NCBI RefSeq assembly: GCF_001194135.2
Contig: NC_068983.1
Location: forward strand, 92,951,862-93,015,861
DNA from: Octopus bimaculoides
Taxonomy: Eukaryota
Direction of reading: 5' to 3'
Length of the DNA: 64,000 nucleotides
Shown here: positions 1-13,312 of the stretch, in pieces
Numbering within the stretch: position 1 is the stretch's first letter
Layout: each line of letters begins with the position of its first letter
Notes under the pieces: model-generated
The model's database searches: none
Told to the model about the DNA's origin: nothing
The model's input: only the letters and a program-made list of their open reading frames with translations
Position numbers and translations under genes: made by a program

Positions 1-733
1 ATAACCAACAAGTACAAGAGGTTTAACATTATTAAAACCTTCAGTGGGTGTGGCAGCAAACATAAAGTGTCTCCCAAACTTGCCTGGAAAATCTGCTAGG
101 AGGTCAACAACAACCCATAGACCACAATGAAGGTCCTAATTGAAACTCTTAACTAAGCAGGGATGAAAGTGTCATAGTCCACCATTGAGTGAGTTTTGCA
201 CAGAGGAGGTCTCCATAGACATAGGCCTCAGAAGATGCTGCTGCTCAGGAAGAAACATCTGAAGGCTCGTCTGGTCTTTGCTAGAGGTTATCTGAAGCAA
301 GATTCCAGCTTTTGGTCAACCATCCTGTGGTCTGATGAGATGAAGTTGGCCATATGGGTGTTGAATACGTCTGGAGGAAGAAAGGAGGAGCATACAAGTC
401 AAAGAACAGTGTGCCCACTGTCAAGCATGGTGGTGGAAACAATGTTATGGGGATGCTTCTCTTCCAGTGGTACGGGGAACCTTGTCAAAGTCCAAGTAAT
501 CATGAAAAAGGAGGATTACATCAGGATCCTTGATGAAAACGTGAAGGAATCTGCTGAGAAACTTCAACTCAGCCACAACTGGAAGTACCAGCAGGACAAT
601 GATCTGAAACATACCACCAAAGTAGTGAAGAAATAGTTCAAGGACAATGACGTCAATGTCCTAGAATGGCCAAGTCAGAGTCCAGACCTGAATCTGATTG
701 AGAACTTGTGGCAAGACTTGAAGACCAGAGTGA
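1..733 (+). mobile_element. Tc1-family (DD34E-type) transposase remnant, truncated
   Basis: ORF 196..636 contains ILWSDE, MLWGCFSSSGTG and QQDNDLKH; the continuation past a stop reads [24 protein letters not shown]. Stops and frameshifts present; fused at ~733 to an RTE 3' end. Confidence 0.9.
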
Positions 734-2558
734 ACTCACTTTATTTGCCGGGTCTTCTCAGTCACAGCATATCTCCAAAGGTCTCGGTCTTTTGTCATTG
801 CCTCTGTGAGGCCCAACGTTCGAAGGTCATGCTTCACCATCTCATCCCATGTCTTCCTGGGTTTCCCTCTACCCCAGATTCCTCCCACTGTTTGAGAGTG
901 GCACTTCTTCATACAGCTCTCCTCATCCATCCATAGTACATGACCATATCAATGCAAACGTGTCTCTTGCACACCAGATCCAATGCTTCTTATGTCCAAC
1001 ATTTCTCTCAGGGCGCTTACACTCTGTCGTGTGCGCACACTGACATTACACATCCAGCAGATCATGCTAGCTTCCTTTCTTTTGAGCCTACACATGTCTT
1101 CAGCAGTCACGGCCCATGTTTCATTGCCGTGAAGTATGGCAGTTCACACACATGCATTGCACAATCTATCTTTTACTCTGAGCGAGAGGCCCTTTGTCAC
1201 CAGCAGAGGTAGGAGCTCTCTGAAGTTTGCCCAGGCTATTCTTATTCTAGTGGTAACACTCTCTGAGCATCCACCCCCACTACAGACTTGGTCACCTAGG
1301 TAGCAGAAGCTATCAACTACTTCTAGTTTCTCCCCCTGGCATGTGATGGAATCTGTTTTCTGAGCATCTGTACTGTTTATTGCCCCTGTGCATCTGCCAC
1401 ACATGAAAGCTATCTTCCCGGTTTATCTTCCTCTGATGTTGCTGTACCTCTTATATGTCCATAGCTTACACTGGATACATCTTATGGAGTTTCTACCTAC
1501 ACTTTTTCTACAGAATGAGCAGGGCCACCTACCTGAAGGGGTGTGTGATGTGTTCATCTTCCTACTTACTAGAACTTTGGTCTTTGTGACATTGACTCTG
1601 AGGCCCTTCGATTCTAAACCTTGCTTCCATACCTGAAATTTCTTCTCTAGTTCTGATAGTGATTCTGCAATGAGGGCCAGATCATCAGCATAGAGGAGCT
1701 CCCAGGGGCAACCTGTCTTGAATTCCTCTCATTGCCTGGAGGACTATGATGAATAAGAGGAGGCTGAGGGCTGATCTTTGGTGGACCCCTACTTCTACCT
1801 GGAATTCTTCACTATACTCACTGCCAACCCTAACCTTACTAATGGCATCTCTGTATAGGACTTGTACAGCTTTTATTCTTCAATCCCCAGTTTCCGCATC
1901 ACCCACCAGATAAAGGATTGGGGCACCCTGTCAAAGGCTTTCTCCAAATCCACAAAAGCCAAGTATAGGGGTTTATCTTTGGCTAGGTATTTCTCCTGCA
2001 GCTGCATACTAGGAATGTAACATCAGTGGTGCTCCTACCTGGCACAAAACCGAACTGCATCTCATCTAAGCAGACTCTTTCCCTAATTAGTTGGGCTATG
2101 ACCCTCTCCGTGACCTTCATCACCTGATCCATCAGTTTGATTCCCCTGTTGTTATTTCTATCTAAAGCATCACCTTTACCCTTGTAGCAGTTGACTATGG
2201 TGCTGCTATGCCAGTCATTGGGTATGACTCCATCATGAACTACCTGGTTTACAATGCTGATGACTAGTCTATAGCTCACACCACCAGATGTGTTAAGCAT
2301 CTCAGCAGTGATTCCTGATGGACCAGGGGGCTTTTACTGGCTTCATACCCTTAATTGCTTTATCTACCAGGGTGCTGTCTATTCGGATAGCTGGTCCCTC
2401 TACTGGGTCAACATTTGGCAGGCTCTCCTCTCCTCCCATTCATTTTCCACATTCAGCAGTCTTTCATAATGGCTTCTCCAAGCCTCTTTCTTTTCCAAAT
2501 CATTAAAAGCAAGTGCACCATCATCTATGCAGACACATTTCTCTCCTGTGACATCACG
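731..2558 (-). mobile_element. RTE-clade LINE copy 1, 5'-truncated, degraded RT
   Basis: Minus-strand frames give YKGKGDALD..RGIKL, MQFGFVPGRSTTD, ELLYADDL, EVVDSFCYLGD and RGKPRKTW, with frameshifts. The 3' UTR is missing just after the stop. Confidence 0.92.
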
Positions 2559-2800
2559 GCCTAGTGGTTAGGATGCTGCACTCCCAATTGCAAGATTATG
2601 GTTTTGATTTCCAGACCATTTGTGTACTGCGTTCTTGAGCAAAATACTTCATGTAGTTCCAGTTTACTCAGTAACCCTGCAATGGACTGGCATTCTGCTC
2701 ATGGGGAATGTTGACCTGCTTGCTAAACCAGTGGGGTGGTATAATTTGAAAGCTACAACAAAGCAAGGAAGTACATTGTGTATAACAACATCTGATAGTC
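2557..2800 (+). mobile_element. tRNA-derived SINE, degraded
   Basis: Head GGCCTAGTGGTTAGG (A-box-like) and a degenerate B-box (GGTTTTGATTTCC); body related to the SINEs at 53953 and 57200. Confidence 0.6.
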
Positions 2801-3099
2801 AGGTTGATACAGTGACACATACACACATAAATACACACACACACACAAGGAATACTTAAATATTACTTCATGTTGATCTTACTATCTGGTAAGAGATAAA
2901 TATTACTTAATAAACACAATATATGTATTTATGTCTTACTATCAGTTTCATGTGATAAGAGCATGCCAGAGAGTATATTTTAACATGTCTGGTGCCCTAG
3001 CACAATCTTCAGGCATTGCCCACAAACCCAACTTAATAATAATGTTGAATGTGCACAGTCTTTCACACTTCACAAATTGAACAAAAGTATTGTATCTCA

Positions 3100-4830
3100 G
3101 AGACCTTTGCAATCAGACAAAAGATAATATATACAGCACTAAGTGAAACACACTTAACTCCAGGCATATTGGATGCAGAAGTACATATGCTAGGTTATGT
3201 TCTACACAGAACTGACTGCAGGATATGGGACAAGGAGTAGCACTCTTCATCTGTGAAGATCTAGTAATAAATGTCCTCCTCTCCTACTCAAACACAGTGT
3301 ACAATATACTAATAATGCATGTGATTGACCTCAATTTGATCATAAGCATTACCTACCATCCTCCTGATGTAGCTAACCATGGAGGTCACTTTAGGGATGC
3401 TTTGTCAAACCCTAAGTGAGGCCAATCTGCAGGCCACTGTACTTTTAATAGGCGACTTTAATTTCCCTAATTTCAGCTGGCTTGATGGCTATATCCGACT
3501 TAGAACTAAACAACCAAACAGGAAAGCATGAATGATCTCCTTTATACCACTAAAGACTTCCTCATGCAACAAGTCATTACTTCTCCAACTAAGGGGAATA
3601 ACATACTTGATTAATCTTTACCACTAATACTAACTTCATTCACAATGTTCATTTCAGGTCATTCCAACAGCTATTTCTGATCACAACATTATACAATTAT
3701 CTGTATATGGTTTAAAGAGGGAAACACATATAAATAATATCGAATATGATTCACCTCACATGAACTTGAATTTCAGGAAGGCCAGGTGGAAGGAAAAAAA
3801 AAAAAAAAAAAAAACTTCAAAACAAACTGGTTTCATCATATTGGCAACCTCAATCTTAATAAAGATAGAAGTTTCTGTAGAATCAAAATCTGTTGAAAAC
3901 ATCACCATATAACTTGCCTATTCCTACAAAAACTTGGTTCCAAAGATTGATGGATACTAATGTGTAACAGAACCAAACAAACAAAACAACCAAAAAATAC
4001 CAAGCTCCTTCAAGAGATGAGATTGTGAAAAATGCAAGAAAATAAAAAAACATTGAACAGTACCTAAAAATATTCTATGAAAAAGAAACTTTTCTGAAGG
4101 AACACCAGGCAGTGGAGAATATAAAGTTTAATCCCAAATTCTTTTCCCATTTTGTTAAACAAAAACCATCTACACATAACCAGATTAGCTCTCTAATGGA
4201 CCAAAATGGATCATGTACTGATGATTGATCACAAACATGCACACTCTTGAGTCACCAATATGATAGTGGATTTTTCCAACATGTAAGTAACAAAATAGTA
4301 CAAAATTCCAACAAATTCTTTGGTCCCAGAATTCTACTGCAGAGACATGTCTAAAAATTAATGATATTACAAAAGAAGATATACTTGCAGCTATTAAGGA
4401 CCTACATTCAAACTCAGCATTTGGATCAGCTGACCTTCCAGCCATATTGTTAAAAACATGCAAAAACAGCCTCACCAAACCATTAAAAATGCTATTTCAA
4501 AAGTTGCTAGATACTGACATATTCCCAGAACTACTGAAAGATGCAAAAGTAACATCTATACACAAAGGAAGTAGCAGGGCTGAAGCTTGACAAAGTTGTT
4601 TGTCACAACTATTACAGCACCATAACACTATCCTCAATAATCTCGAGGGGAATGAATATTGAATGTACATACCTTGATTTTGCTAAAGTGTTTGACAAGA
4701 CTGATGATGGAATCATCTGTTATAGGCTAAGGGAAAACTTGGAGAATGGCTCATTGACTTCTTATGGATGTAGGAATTAATCTGTTGTTGCAAACAGCTT
4801 TCTGTCTGCAAATGTTATATCTTCACTACA
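3100..4830 (+). mobile_element. CR1/L2-type LINE ORF2 remnant (APE endonuclease plus start of RT), heavily decayed
   Basis: Fragments ALSETHL, GYVLHRTD, YHPP, IGDFNFP, PTKGNNILD, DLPAILLKTCKNSLTKPL and YLDFAKVFDK occur in the expected order across several frames. Confidence 0.8.
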
Positions 4831-4907
4831 CTATATTAAATAAGAATTCATAGCCCTTTACTTGTTCTAATCACAGAGAACTACCACTATTATTACTACT
4901 ACAACTG

Positions 4908-5140
4908 AGGTGGTGAGCTGGTAGAATCGTTAGCACGCTGGGCAAAATACTTAGTGATATTTTGCCTGTCTTTACATTCTGAGTTCAAATTCTGCCGAGG
5001 TTGACTTTGCCTTTCATCCTTTCAGGGTTGATAAATTAAGTATCAGTCAAGTACTGGGGTCACTGTGATTGACTTACCCCGCTCTGCACAAATTTCAGGT
5101 CTTGTGCTTATAGTAGAAAGAATTACTACAACTACTACTG
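4908..5140 (+). mobile_element. SINE (GGTGGTGAGCTGG head family) with ATT/ACT tail
   Basis: Near-full copy of the family stacked at 16200-19275: GAGCTGGTAGAATCGTTAGCAC...GAGTTCAAATTC...CCTTTCATCC...TAGTAGAAAGAATTACT. Confidence 0.8.
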
Positions 5141-5186
5141 GTACCTATACATCTACACACACACATGCAATATTTATGATATATAT

Positions 5187-7651
5187 CGTGATGTCGTGGG
5201 AGAGAAATGTGTTTGCATGGATGATGGTACACTTGCACTAAACGAGGCTGCAAAGAAAGAGGTTTAGAGATGAATGGGAGAAAGAGAGTCTGCCGAATGT
5301 CGACCCAACAGAGGGACCAGCTATCCGAATTGACAGTACCATGGTAGATAAAGCAATTAAGAGTATGAAGACAGGGAAAGCCCCCGGCCCATCAGGAATT
5401 ACTGCAGAGATGCTTAAAATATCTGGTAGTGTTGGCTATAGCCTAGTCACTCGTATTGTTAACCAGGTGATAAACGAAGGAGTCATACCCAATGACTGGT
5501 GTAGCAGCACCATAGTTAACTTCTACAAAGGTAAAGGTGATGCTTTAGACACAAATAATTACAGAGGTATCAAGTTGTTGGATCAGGTAATGAAGGCCAC
5601 GGAGAGGATAATAGTCCAACTAATTAGGGAGAGAGAGTGTAAGTTTAGATGAGATGCAGTTTGGGTTCGTGCCAAGGAAAAGCACCACTGATGCTATATT
5701 TCTGGTAAGACAGCTGCAAGAGAAATACCTAGCCAAGGATAAATCTCTGTACCTGGCTTTCATTGACATGGAGAAAGCCTTTGACAGGGTCCCTCAATCC
5801 CTTATCTGGTGGTCAATGAGGAAACTAGGGATAGAAGAATGGTTAGTGAGAGCTGTGCGAGCCATATACAGAGACGCTGTCAGTAAGGTGAGGGTTGGCA
5901 ATGAGTACAGTGAAGAATTCCGGGTAGAGGTAGGGGTCCACCAAGGTTCTGTACTCAGCCCCCTCCCATTTATATTAGTCCTCCAGGCGATAACAAAGGA
6001 ATTCAAGACAGGATGCCCCTGGGAGCTCCTCTATGCTGACGACCTGGCACTAATTGCTGAGTCACTATCAGAACTAGAGAAGTTTCAGGTGTGGAAGCAG
6101 GGACTAGAATCGAAGGGCCTTAGAGTCAACCTAGCTAAAACCAAAGTCCTAATAAGTAGAAAGGTAGACAAAACACAAACCCCTTAAAGTAGATGGCCCT
6201 GTTTGATCTGTAGAAAAGGTATAAGATGTATCCAGTGCAAGCTATGGACGCATAAGAGGTGCAGCATTAGCAAAGGCAGGTTAACTAGGAAGTTAGTTTT
6301 TGTATGTGGCAGATGTTCAGGTGCAATAAACACTGAAAATGTGCAGAAAACAATTTCTGTCACATTCCAGGGAGAAAAATTGGACGTAGTTGATAGCTTC
6401 TGATATCTGGGTGACCAAATTAGCAGTGGGGGAGGGTGCGCTGAAAGTGTAGCTGCTAGAATAAGAATAGCCTGGACAAAGTTCAGAGAGCTCTTACCTC
6501 TGCTGGCAACAAAGGGGCTCTCACTCAGAGTAAAAGGCACACTGTATGACGCATGTGTACGAACAGCCATGCTACATGGCAGTGCAACATGGGCTGTGAC
6601 TGCTGAGGACATGTGTAAGCTCGCAAGGAATGAAGCCAGTATGATCCACTGGATGTATAATGTCAGTGTGCATACCTGACAGAGTGTAAGTATCTTGAGA
6701 GAAAAGTTGAACCTAAGAAGCATCAGTTGTGGTATGCAAGAGAGACGATTGCGCTGGTATGGACATGTGGCGAGAATGCATGAGGATAACTGTGTGAAAA
6801 AGTGCCATACCCTAGCAGTTGAGGGAACCCGTGGAAGAGGCAGGCCCAGGAAGACCTGGGATGAGATGGTGAAGCACGACCTCCGAACATTAGGCCTCAC
6901 TGGGGCAATGACTTGTGAACGAGACCTTTGGAAATATGCTGTGCGTGAGAAGACCTGGCAAGCCAAGTGAGACCAAAATCCAAGGCCTATGCCAGGGATG
7001 TAGCCAGCCCACTTATGAGTAACATTCCTTCATTGGACACTAAACTCGGCTTGCGAAGACCTGTTGGAGCAAGTGAAAGTGAAATCGTCATGGTACCTGT
7101 ACCAGTAGATCACTAAGAGCACTGTCAGAGCGTGATCGATGCCAGAGCACCAGCTGTCTGGCTTCTGTGCCGGTGGCATGTAAATAGCACCATTTGAGCG
7201 TGATTGTTACTAACGCTGCCTTCCTGGCACTTGTGCCAGTGGCATGTGAAAAGACATTTGAGCGACTTCGTTGCCAGTACTGCTTGACTGGCTCCTGTGC
7301 AGGTGGCACATAAAATACACCATTTCGAGCGTGGCCGTTGCCAGTACCTTCTAACTGGCCTTCGTGCTGGTGGCACGTAAATAGCACCATTTGATCGTGA
7401 CTGTTACCAACATCGCTTTCCTAGCACTTGTGTCAGTGGCACGTAAAAAGACATTTGAGCGAGTTTGTTGCCAGTAAAAGCACCCACTACACTCTCTGAG
7501 TGGTTGGCGTTAGGAAGGGCATCTAGCTGTAGAAACTCTGCCAAATTAGACTGGAGCCTGGTGTAGCCATCTGGTTCACCAGTCCTCAGTCAAATCGATC
7601 AGCCCATGCTAGCATGGAAAGTGGACGTTAAACGATGATGATGATGATGAT
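5187..7651 (+). mobile_element. RTE-clade LINE copy 2, 5'-truncated, with 3' UTR and (GAT)n tail
   Basis: ORFs 5341..5652, 5654..6187 (FIDMEKAFDRVP, VHQGSVLSP, YADDL), 6203..6403 and 6695..6970 (RRLRWYGHVARM, RGRPRKTW) are frameshifted pieces of one RT. A 3' UTR minisatellite follows, ending GACGTTAAAC(GAT)6. Confidence 0.95.
7126..7475 (+). repeat. ~63-67 bp minisatellite with ~197 bp higher-order (ABC) period in the RTE 3' UTR
   Basis: Units begin (G/A)GTGGCA(C/T)GT..AA..CATTTGAGCG at ~7172, 7238, ~7302, 7369 and 7435. Offsets 7172 to 7369 and 7238 to 7435 are both 197 nt. Confidence 0.85.
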
Positions 7652-9044
7652 ATATCAGGAAAACTTGGAAGAAGATTAAGAATCTGCATAAGATGCAGTG
7701 GTTGAGCAGTCGAAATATTATACTACTGTATGCAAACTAAAGAACACAAACATTCACAATGTGCTCTGACATCTAACAATTTTCCAGTACTCCTCATTTC
7801 CGATTTTTCTCATGACAGTTAAGTAAGTATAACATGTTTAGTGGCAGATACTGTGTCCAAAAGGCTGGCTTTCTTCTAAGAGGTAGAACATATTTCAACT
7901 CTAACTTTTTAGAAATCACAAGTTAGAATATGACATGTGTATCGAGTTTGGTACTATTACATAAACATTCTAAATTGCATCCAAACAATAGCCAGTGACA
8001 CAGTTTCTTTTAATCCTACTCAGTCATTGGAAATGGCAAATTGTATGTTATTTTTTTTTTTCCCCAAACCTATGGAATATGTATGTATATGGTATCAAAC
8101 TCTGCTGTTTTCACCCTGTGTCTCACCCATAACTTTATGTGCACAGTCTTCTCCTTCCCACCTCAACATTGAATTTTAGAAGTTCAAACCGAACATCAAA
8201 TATCAACCTCACAAGTCTAGAAGGTTTACAAGAGCTATAGACAATGCTCCTCTAATTTAAACTAAATGCTAATTAAAAACAAACAAACAAAAAACTGAAG
8301 AGTATATTGATATGGAAAAGTAAAGTCAAATGAAAATTAATTAATAAAATGGATGTGAAAATGTGAAAAAGGAAAATAATATATTAAACAATATGGCTAC
8401 CTATATTGATAAATATTTCAGTGAAGAAAAAAAAAAAAAGAAGCAGAACTGTTAGATTAATAATAATTTTACAGAAACTATAGATAGACATAAATTTTTT
8501 TTGAATGAGATAGGGCAAGAAAAATTCATATCTTAATTAAAAGTTCAAAATATCTATTAATTTTATTAATAATTTGATTCAAAATGCTATAAACCTATTT
8601 AATAGCTCAAAGAAAAAGCATCTACTTAATCTTTATGGGCGATATAGCAATTATAAACTGTGGTAATGATTAATTTTCTGTAGCACTGAGTATAGCCAAT
8701 GGTTTAAAAATTTGCAATAGGCAAATTTTAATTCAAAAAGTTCATTAAGGCAATCTTTAATTGATAAAGGCTTTAGGATTAAAAAATTTAAGGGAGAAGA
8801 TAAATTATAATTAACTTACTTGAAAATATAATATCAAGATGCACAAATAGTAACTTTGTTAAACCTTTTTATAAACCTAGACTGGCTATGATAATCATTT
8901 CTAACCATAGAAAGGGGAAAAGATTTTGTGTAGTTAAGGTTTTGTGCTATTAGTCATAGTAGGAGGACATGGTTTGTACTTTAGCATTCAGATTATTCTG
9001 TCAAATATAATGCTTCATTAGCCACATCATTTTGAATTAATCGA

Positions 9045-9199
9045 GCATTATCTCATAGCTCTGAGATTTTAATGATGTGATTATTTTTAGAATGACATTG
9101 TAGGGTAATTGTGAGAGGTCAGATATGGCTGGTTTGAACATAAAACAGGTAGAATATTTGAGTAGGATATGGCTAGTTTAAATGCTAAAGAGTTAAGAT
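9045..9199. mobile_element. Terminal fragment of a non-autonomous piggyBac-like element
   Basis: Shared block TTTTTAGAATGACATTGTAGG..GTGAGAG..AGAT..GG..GGTTTGAAC..AAATGCTAAAG.GTTAA also at 14345, 27470 and 34835. Confidence 0.55.
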
Positions 9200-9558
9200 G
9201 GTGAACTATTGACCACAGTAAAGTACAGTGTGTGGTTAAGGTGGTGGACTGTTGATGAATGTTGACTATAGTAGAAGTATAGTGTGTGATTAAAGTAGTG
9301 GATTGTTGACTGTAGTAGAGGTACAATGGCTTGAGATTAAAGTCCTAATGCTGACCATATGATGATAAGTTTAACTTTCACAATAGCAGTTAATAATATG
9401 GAAGGAATCGAATTGTAAAAATGAGTGTAATGAAAAATAGTAAAAGAGATCAACTAACAAGTATTAGTATATAAACAAAAACTAAATGAAAAGTGAAAAA
9501 CAAAAACAAGCAAAACCTTGAAAGTGATAGGAAATGCTTCTATATAGCAGCTGCATAG

Positions 9559-9926
9559 TTACTTCCGCCAAGGAAGGAGGTTATGTTTTCATCGGTGTTG
9601 GTTTGTCCGTCTGGTGTAAAATAACTCAAAAAGTTGTGAACGGTATTTGATGAAACTTGCAGGAAAAGTTGGTAATGACACAAGGAACAGATGACGAAAT
9701 TTTGGTAGTGATCCAGGAATTTTTATGGATTCTTGAAGGATTTTTCATTTGTTGTAACATATCTACATGAAGTAGATATGTTACGTTCTTTATCTCCCTT
9801 GAAAACATGTTCATCGTTTCCACCTAACCAATGGTTGCGTTGCCAATTCCAAAGATTATTCTCGTTTCTCTATTAGTAATTTTATTCACATATCTATCTT
9901 AAAATGAACTACTTGGTCGAGGTCTG
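9559..9926 (+). mobile_element. Non-autonomous Helentron/DINE-like element
   Basis: Starts TTACTTCCGCCAAGG..GAGGTTATGTTTTC and ends CTTGGTCGAGGTCTG, giving subterminal inverted repeats. A shorter relative lies at 10981-11092. Confidence 0.55.
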
Positions 9927-9929
9927 TGG

Positions 9930-10420
9930 AGGATGACATGACAAGCCTTGATTATTGGGATTGACTCAAAAAGCTCAGGCTTTGTTCTCTCCACTGCCAC
10001 TGTGAGCTCTATATCTTCTGTATGATGTGGAAAATATTCCATCAACATTGCCCATCTTTAAAATTTGTCCGAAGCTTGGCCCCTGTGCTATCCATCCACT
10101 ACAGAAATGTTCATGTTGTATCACAACACTATGACAACTATTTCACCTCAATTGGTCCAGCTCTCTTCAACATCGTGCCAGATACACATAAAGGAGGAAA
10201 GTGACTTCACGGCATTCAAACGATCCCTAGATGATTACCTCCGACAAATACCAGATAAACCACCCACACCCAGATATGTCTATGAAAACAATAACCCTCT
10301 GCTTGAATGGGCTATGGTTCCCCAGAGCTGACTGTATATTGCTTCCAGGTGGTGCTATTAAATAAGACATCGCCTGAGTCAACTTCGGCCGAAACTTATC
10401 TAAGTAATCTAATCTATGCT
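9930..10420 (+). mobile_element. 3' end of CR1/L2-type LINE
   Basis: Frameshifted C-terminus YDNYFTSIGPALFNIVP / KEESDFTAFKRSLDDYLRQIPDKPPTPRY..NNNPLLEW, typical of CR1-type ORF2 ends. Confidence 0.7.
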
Positions 10421-10980
10421 GTAACCTATGAATCAAAGCATGACAACGTGGGTAGAGGCTGATATTTTAACGTTTCTGATGGTCTTAAATATAAAAAAAA
10501 ATTATTAAAGATTTATATAGAACTACATTCAGAATATGTCTATAAGCTCTTGTGTTTAGACCTGGTTTCTATCCTCAAACTGTTCCGTTTTGTAGATGCA
10601 ATTTTTTTTTTATAAAGAACTCCAAAATTAGAAAAATCAAAAATCTGCAACAATCTTGGTCCCATGAGTATCAGATAATGGATTTTCAACAGTGTAAAGA
10701 AACTGATTGTGGTGATCGTAGTTTTGATGGTGATTGTGATCGTAGTTTTGACGATGATTGTGGTGGAAACAGATACAGTGCTGATGATGACAATGGCCGA
10801 GATAAGAATAGGAGGAGGATAAAATAGTATTAGTGGTTATAATGGTGACAGGAGCGGTGTGATGTGTGATGCTGAGGTGATGGTGGTAATAGTGGTGTTG
10901 ATGATAGTGTTAGTTGTGTGATGGTGGTATTGTAGTGGTTATACTTGTTGTGGTGGTGAAAGTGACTGTGTTATTTTTTT

Positions 10981-11092
10981 TTACCCCCCGCCAAGGAGGT
11001 TATGTTTTTGCTGGTATTGGTTTTGGAAATTGGGTGTTTTCAGCATGCGTGTATATGGGTGGAAATGAGCTGCTTGGCAGAGGTCTGCGCTC
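10981..11092 (+). mobile_element. Short internally deleted Helentron/DINE-like element
   Basis: TTACCCCCCGCCAAGGAGGTTATGTTTTT...CTTGGCAGAGGTCTGCGCTC with subterminal inverted repeats CCGCCAAG/CTTGGCAG. Confidence 0.55.
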
Positions 11093-11629
11093 ACTCACCA
11101 TTAATTTAGCACTATACCAATAAGCATATATTTATGCTATAACTACAGTTTTCTCATCCATCTTTTCTGAGAATTTTTGCATAGAGTAATGTATGCTTCA
11201 TTTGACAAAAAATTTGTCAAAGTTTACTTCAATATTTTCCTTCTCATAGTCTAATGATACAACCTTAAAAAAAATAATATAATCCATGATGGCATGTTGG
11301 AAGAAATTATTTAAAGAAATGTAATCCAAGTGGGACAATGAAATTTGAAAGTAATTTGAAGCATAATAACACAGAAATGCATGAATACTACAGTCCAGTG
11401 ATGTCATTCATTCCTGATCTAGTGGTGCACTTACACCCAAATTGTTTATAAGAAAAAGTAGTTCTTCCAAGACAATTTGAGCAGCCTATAGTCTGTTTCA
11501 TGTCCAAAACACACACATTTTCACACTCACGCATCATCATTTAATATCCATTTTCTCTACTGGCATGGGTTGGATTTATGTATTTATTTCAGTTTACCCT
11601 GTTCCATCAAAATGATACATATGTGCATG

Positions 11630-11687
<58 letters not shown>

Positions 11688-13064
11688 TATACATACATGA
11701 GTATTATACACACACATATATGCTCTCCCAATTACTAAATATATATTCGATAAATTTTCTTTTTCCACTATTTCCTTTTCATCTTATATAATTTCTCATA
11801 TTTCTAACAACAAGCTGATCTGCACTAAACTTTGAAGTTGCAGTTATTCTTTTTATTTATTTAATATTTTAAGTGTCTACATTTTCAAACAAATACACTT
11901 TTTGATGTTTTTAACTTTAAGAACTCTTACATTTATATATATGTGTGTGTTTAATTGAAATGTACCTTTTGTTTTTATTGTCGTGATGCAATCAGGAAAT
12001 ACAGTTGTAAATCACTGATCCACCATACTATGCTAAATAATTCCCTTTCCAGCTGTTAGAGATGACAACAAATATGGAATACGCTCAGTATGAAGCATCA
12101 TTTAGCATGTTAGCCTTTGGCAATTTATTTACGTTTCTTTTCTGAGTTGATATGTGTACTCCTTTTCCTTTTCTATTAACTATTGAAGTGCAACTGGGGC
12201 AAGGGGGATGCTCTTAAGAAAGATCTGTGAAAGTAAGTTTTAAGTTCCTGTAGAGAAAATAAATGCGAAACCAGTTAATTACCTTTTACTTATCATTCAA
12301 ATTACCTCAGACCTTCAAGCTATCAGAAATGACAGAACAAGTTAAATACAAATTTAAATGTATGGAAGTACAGTCTAAAATGAAAGCTTTTCACAAGAAA
12401 AAATTTTTTTTTCAAATGTATTAATGATTAATAACATTGAAAGAAATTCTGTTTTCTCAGAGATTATACATGTAATTTATGATAGTGCGGAGTTCCATTT
12501 AAAATGTTCATCATTCTTTTTCTGAGCTTGTTAATGAGAACAGCTTTAGGTGTAGGTCTCTAATCATGTTTACCTCATACATGACTCAGAATTCAAGAAG
12601 AGCAATGAAATAACAAAATTATGCTATTCAATTGCTGTTGGTCAAGTCAATGATTTATCTAGTAGTTGTAAAATCGCCAAGATTCAATAATTATATGTGT
12701 GTGTGTGTGAGTGAATATATTTGTGTACATGCATTATCCACTTTCTTCTCCTCACTCACTGTCCATATCCTGCTTTATGCTCACCTTTTATCTTGAGTTT
12801 GCTCTAGCACTCTACCACTACCTTCTTTTATCCCCTTCTCTACTACTCCCCATCCACCCCCATATAGTGTGGGGTAGTCACGTATCTTCTCTACAACAAG
12901 ACATCCGTGCTTGTCTCTCAATCATACTTCAGTCTTTAAACACACAGCATAAAGTGACCTCTCCCTCTCAAATACTATCTCCCACTCCCACATTCAGACG
13001 TGGGAGTTTTTTCCTTTTCCTCTACCCTGTTCTTTTTTCTGTCTTTCCAAATGACTCAGCAACA

Positions 13065-13280
13065 CCACTAGTACTGGTGGCAGGAAAACAAAAAGCACTC
13101 AGTACATACTGTAAAGTGCTTGGCATTAGAAAGGGCATCCAGCCATATAAATCATGCCAAAGCTGACACTGGAACTCAGCACAGTATTTAGCATTCAGAT
13201 CACTATCGACTCAGCAGTCCTTTGCTTGCAAGATCCTGTAAAACCATCCAACCCATGCCAGCATGGAAAATAGATATCAA

Positions 13281-13312
<32 letters not shown>
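13065..13312 (+). mobile_element. RTE 3'-tail-derived fragment or SINE
   Basis: TTGGCATTAGAAAGGGCATCCAGCC...CCAACCCATGCCAGCATGGAAAA..(GAT)n, the same tail as RTE copy 2. Confidence 0.75.

Noticed and set aside
6184-6966. 260-aa minus-strand ORF
   Set aside because: Antisense shadow of RTE copy 2 with no recognisable motif.
7126-7475. Repeat array superficially like a CRISPR repeat-spacer array
   Set aside because: Whole units are mutually homologous with no unique spacers, no cas genes are present, the context is eukaryotic, and the array is part of a LINE 3' UTR.
9200-9330. ~44-bp degenerate tandem triplication
   Set aside because: Short and ordinary, with no link to other features.
10700-10960. 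Asp/Gly- or Val-rich ORFs (10552..10827, 10914..11123)
   Set aside because: Low-complexity GAT/GGT repeats with a short 21-nt duplication and no domain signal.
12180-12250. Candidate minus-strand acceptors (ctacag, tcacag)
   Set aside because: The required phase hits a stop codon within a few codons.
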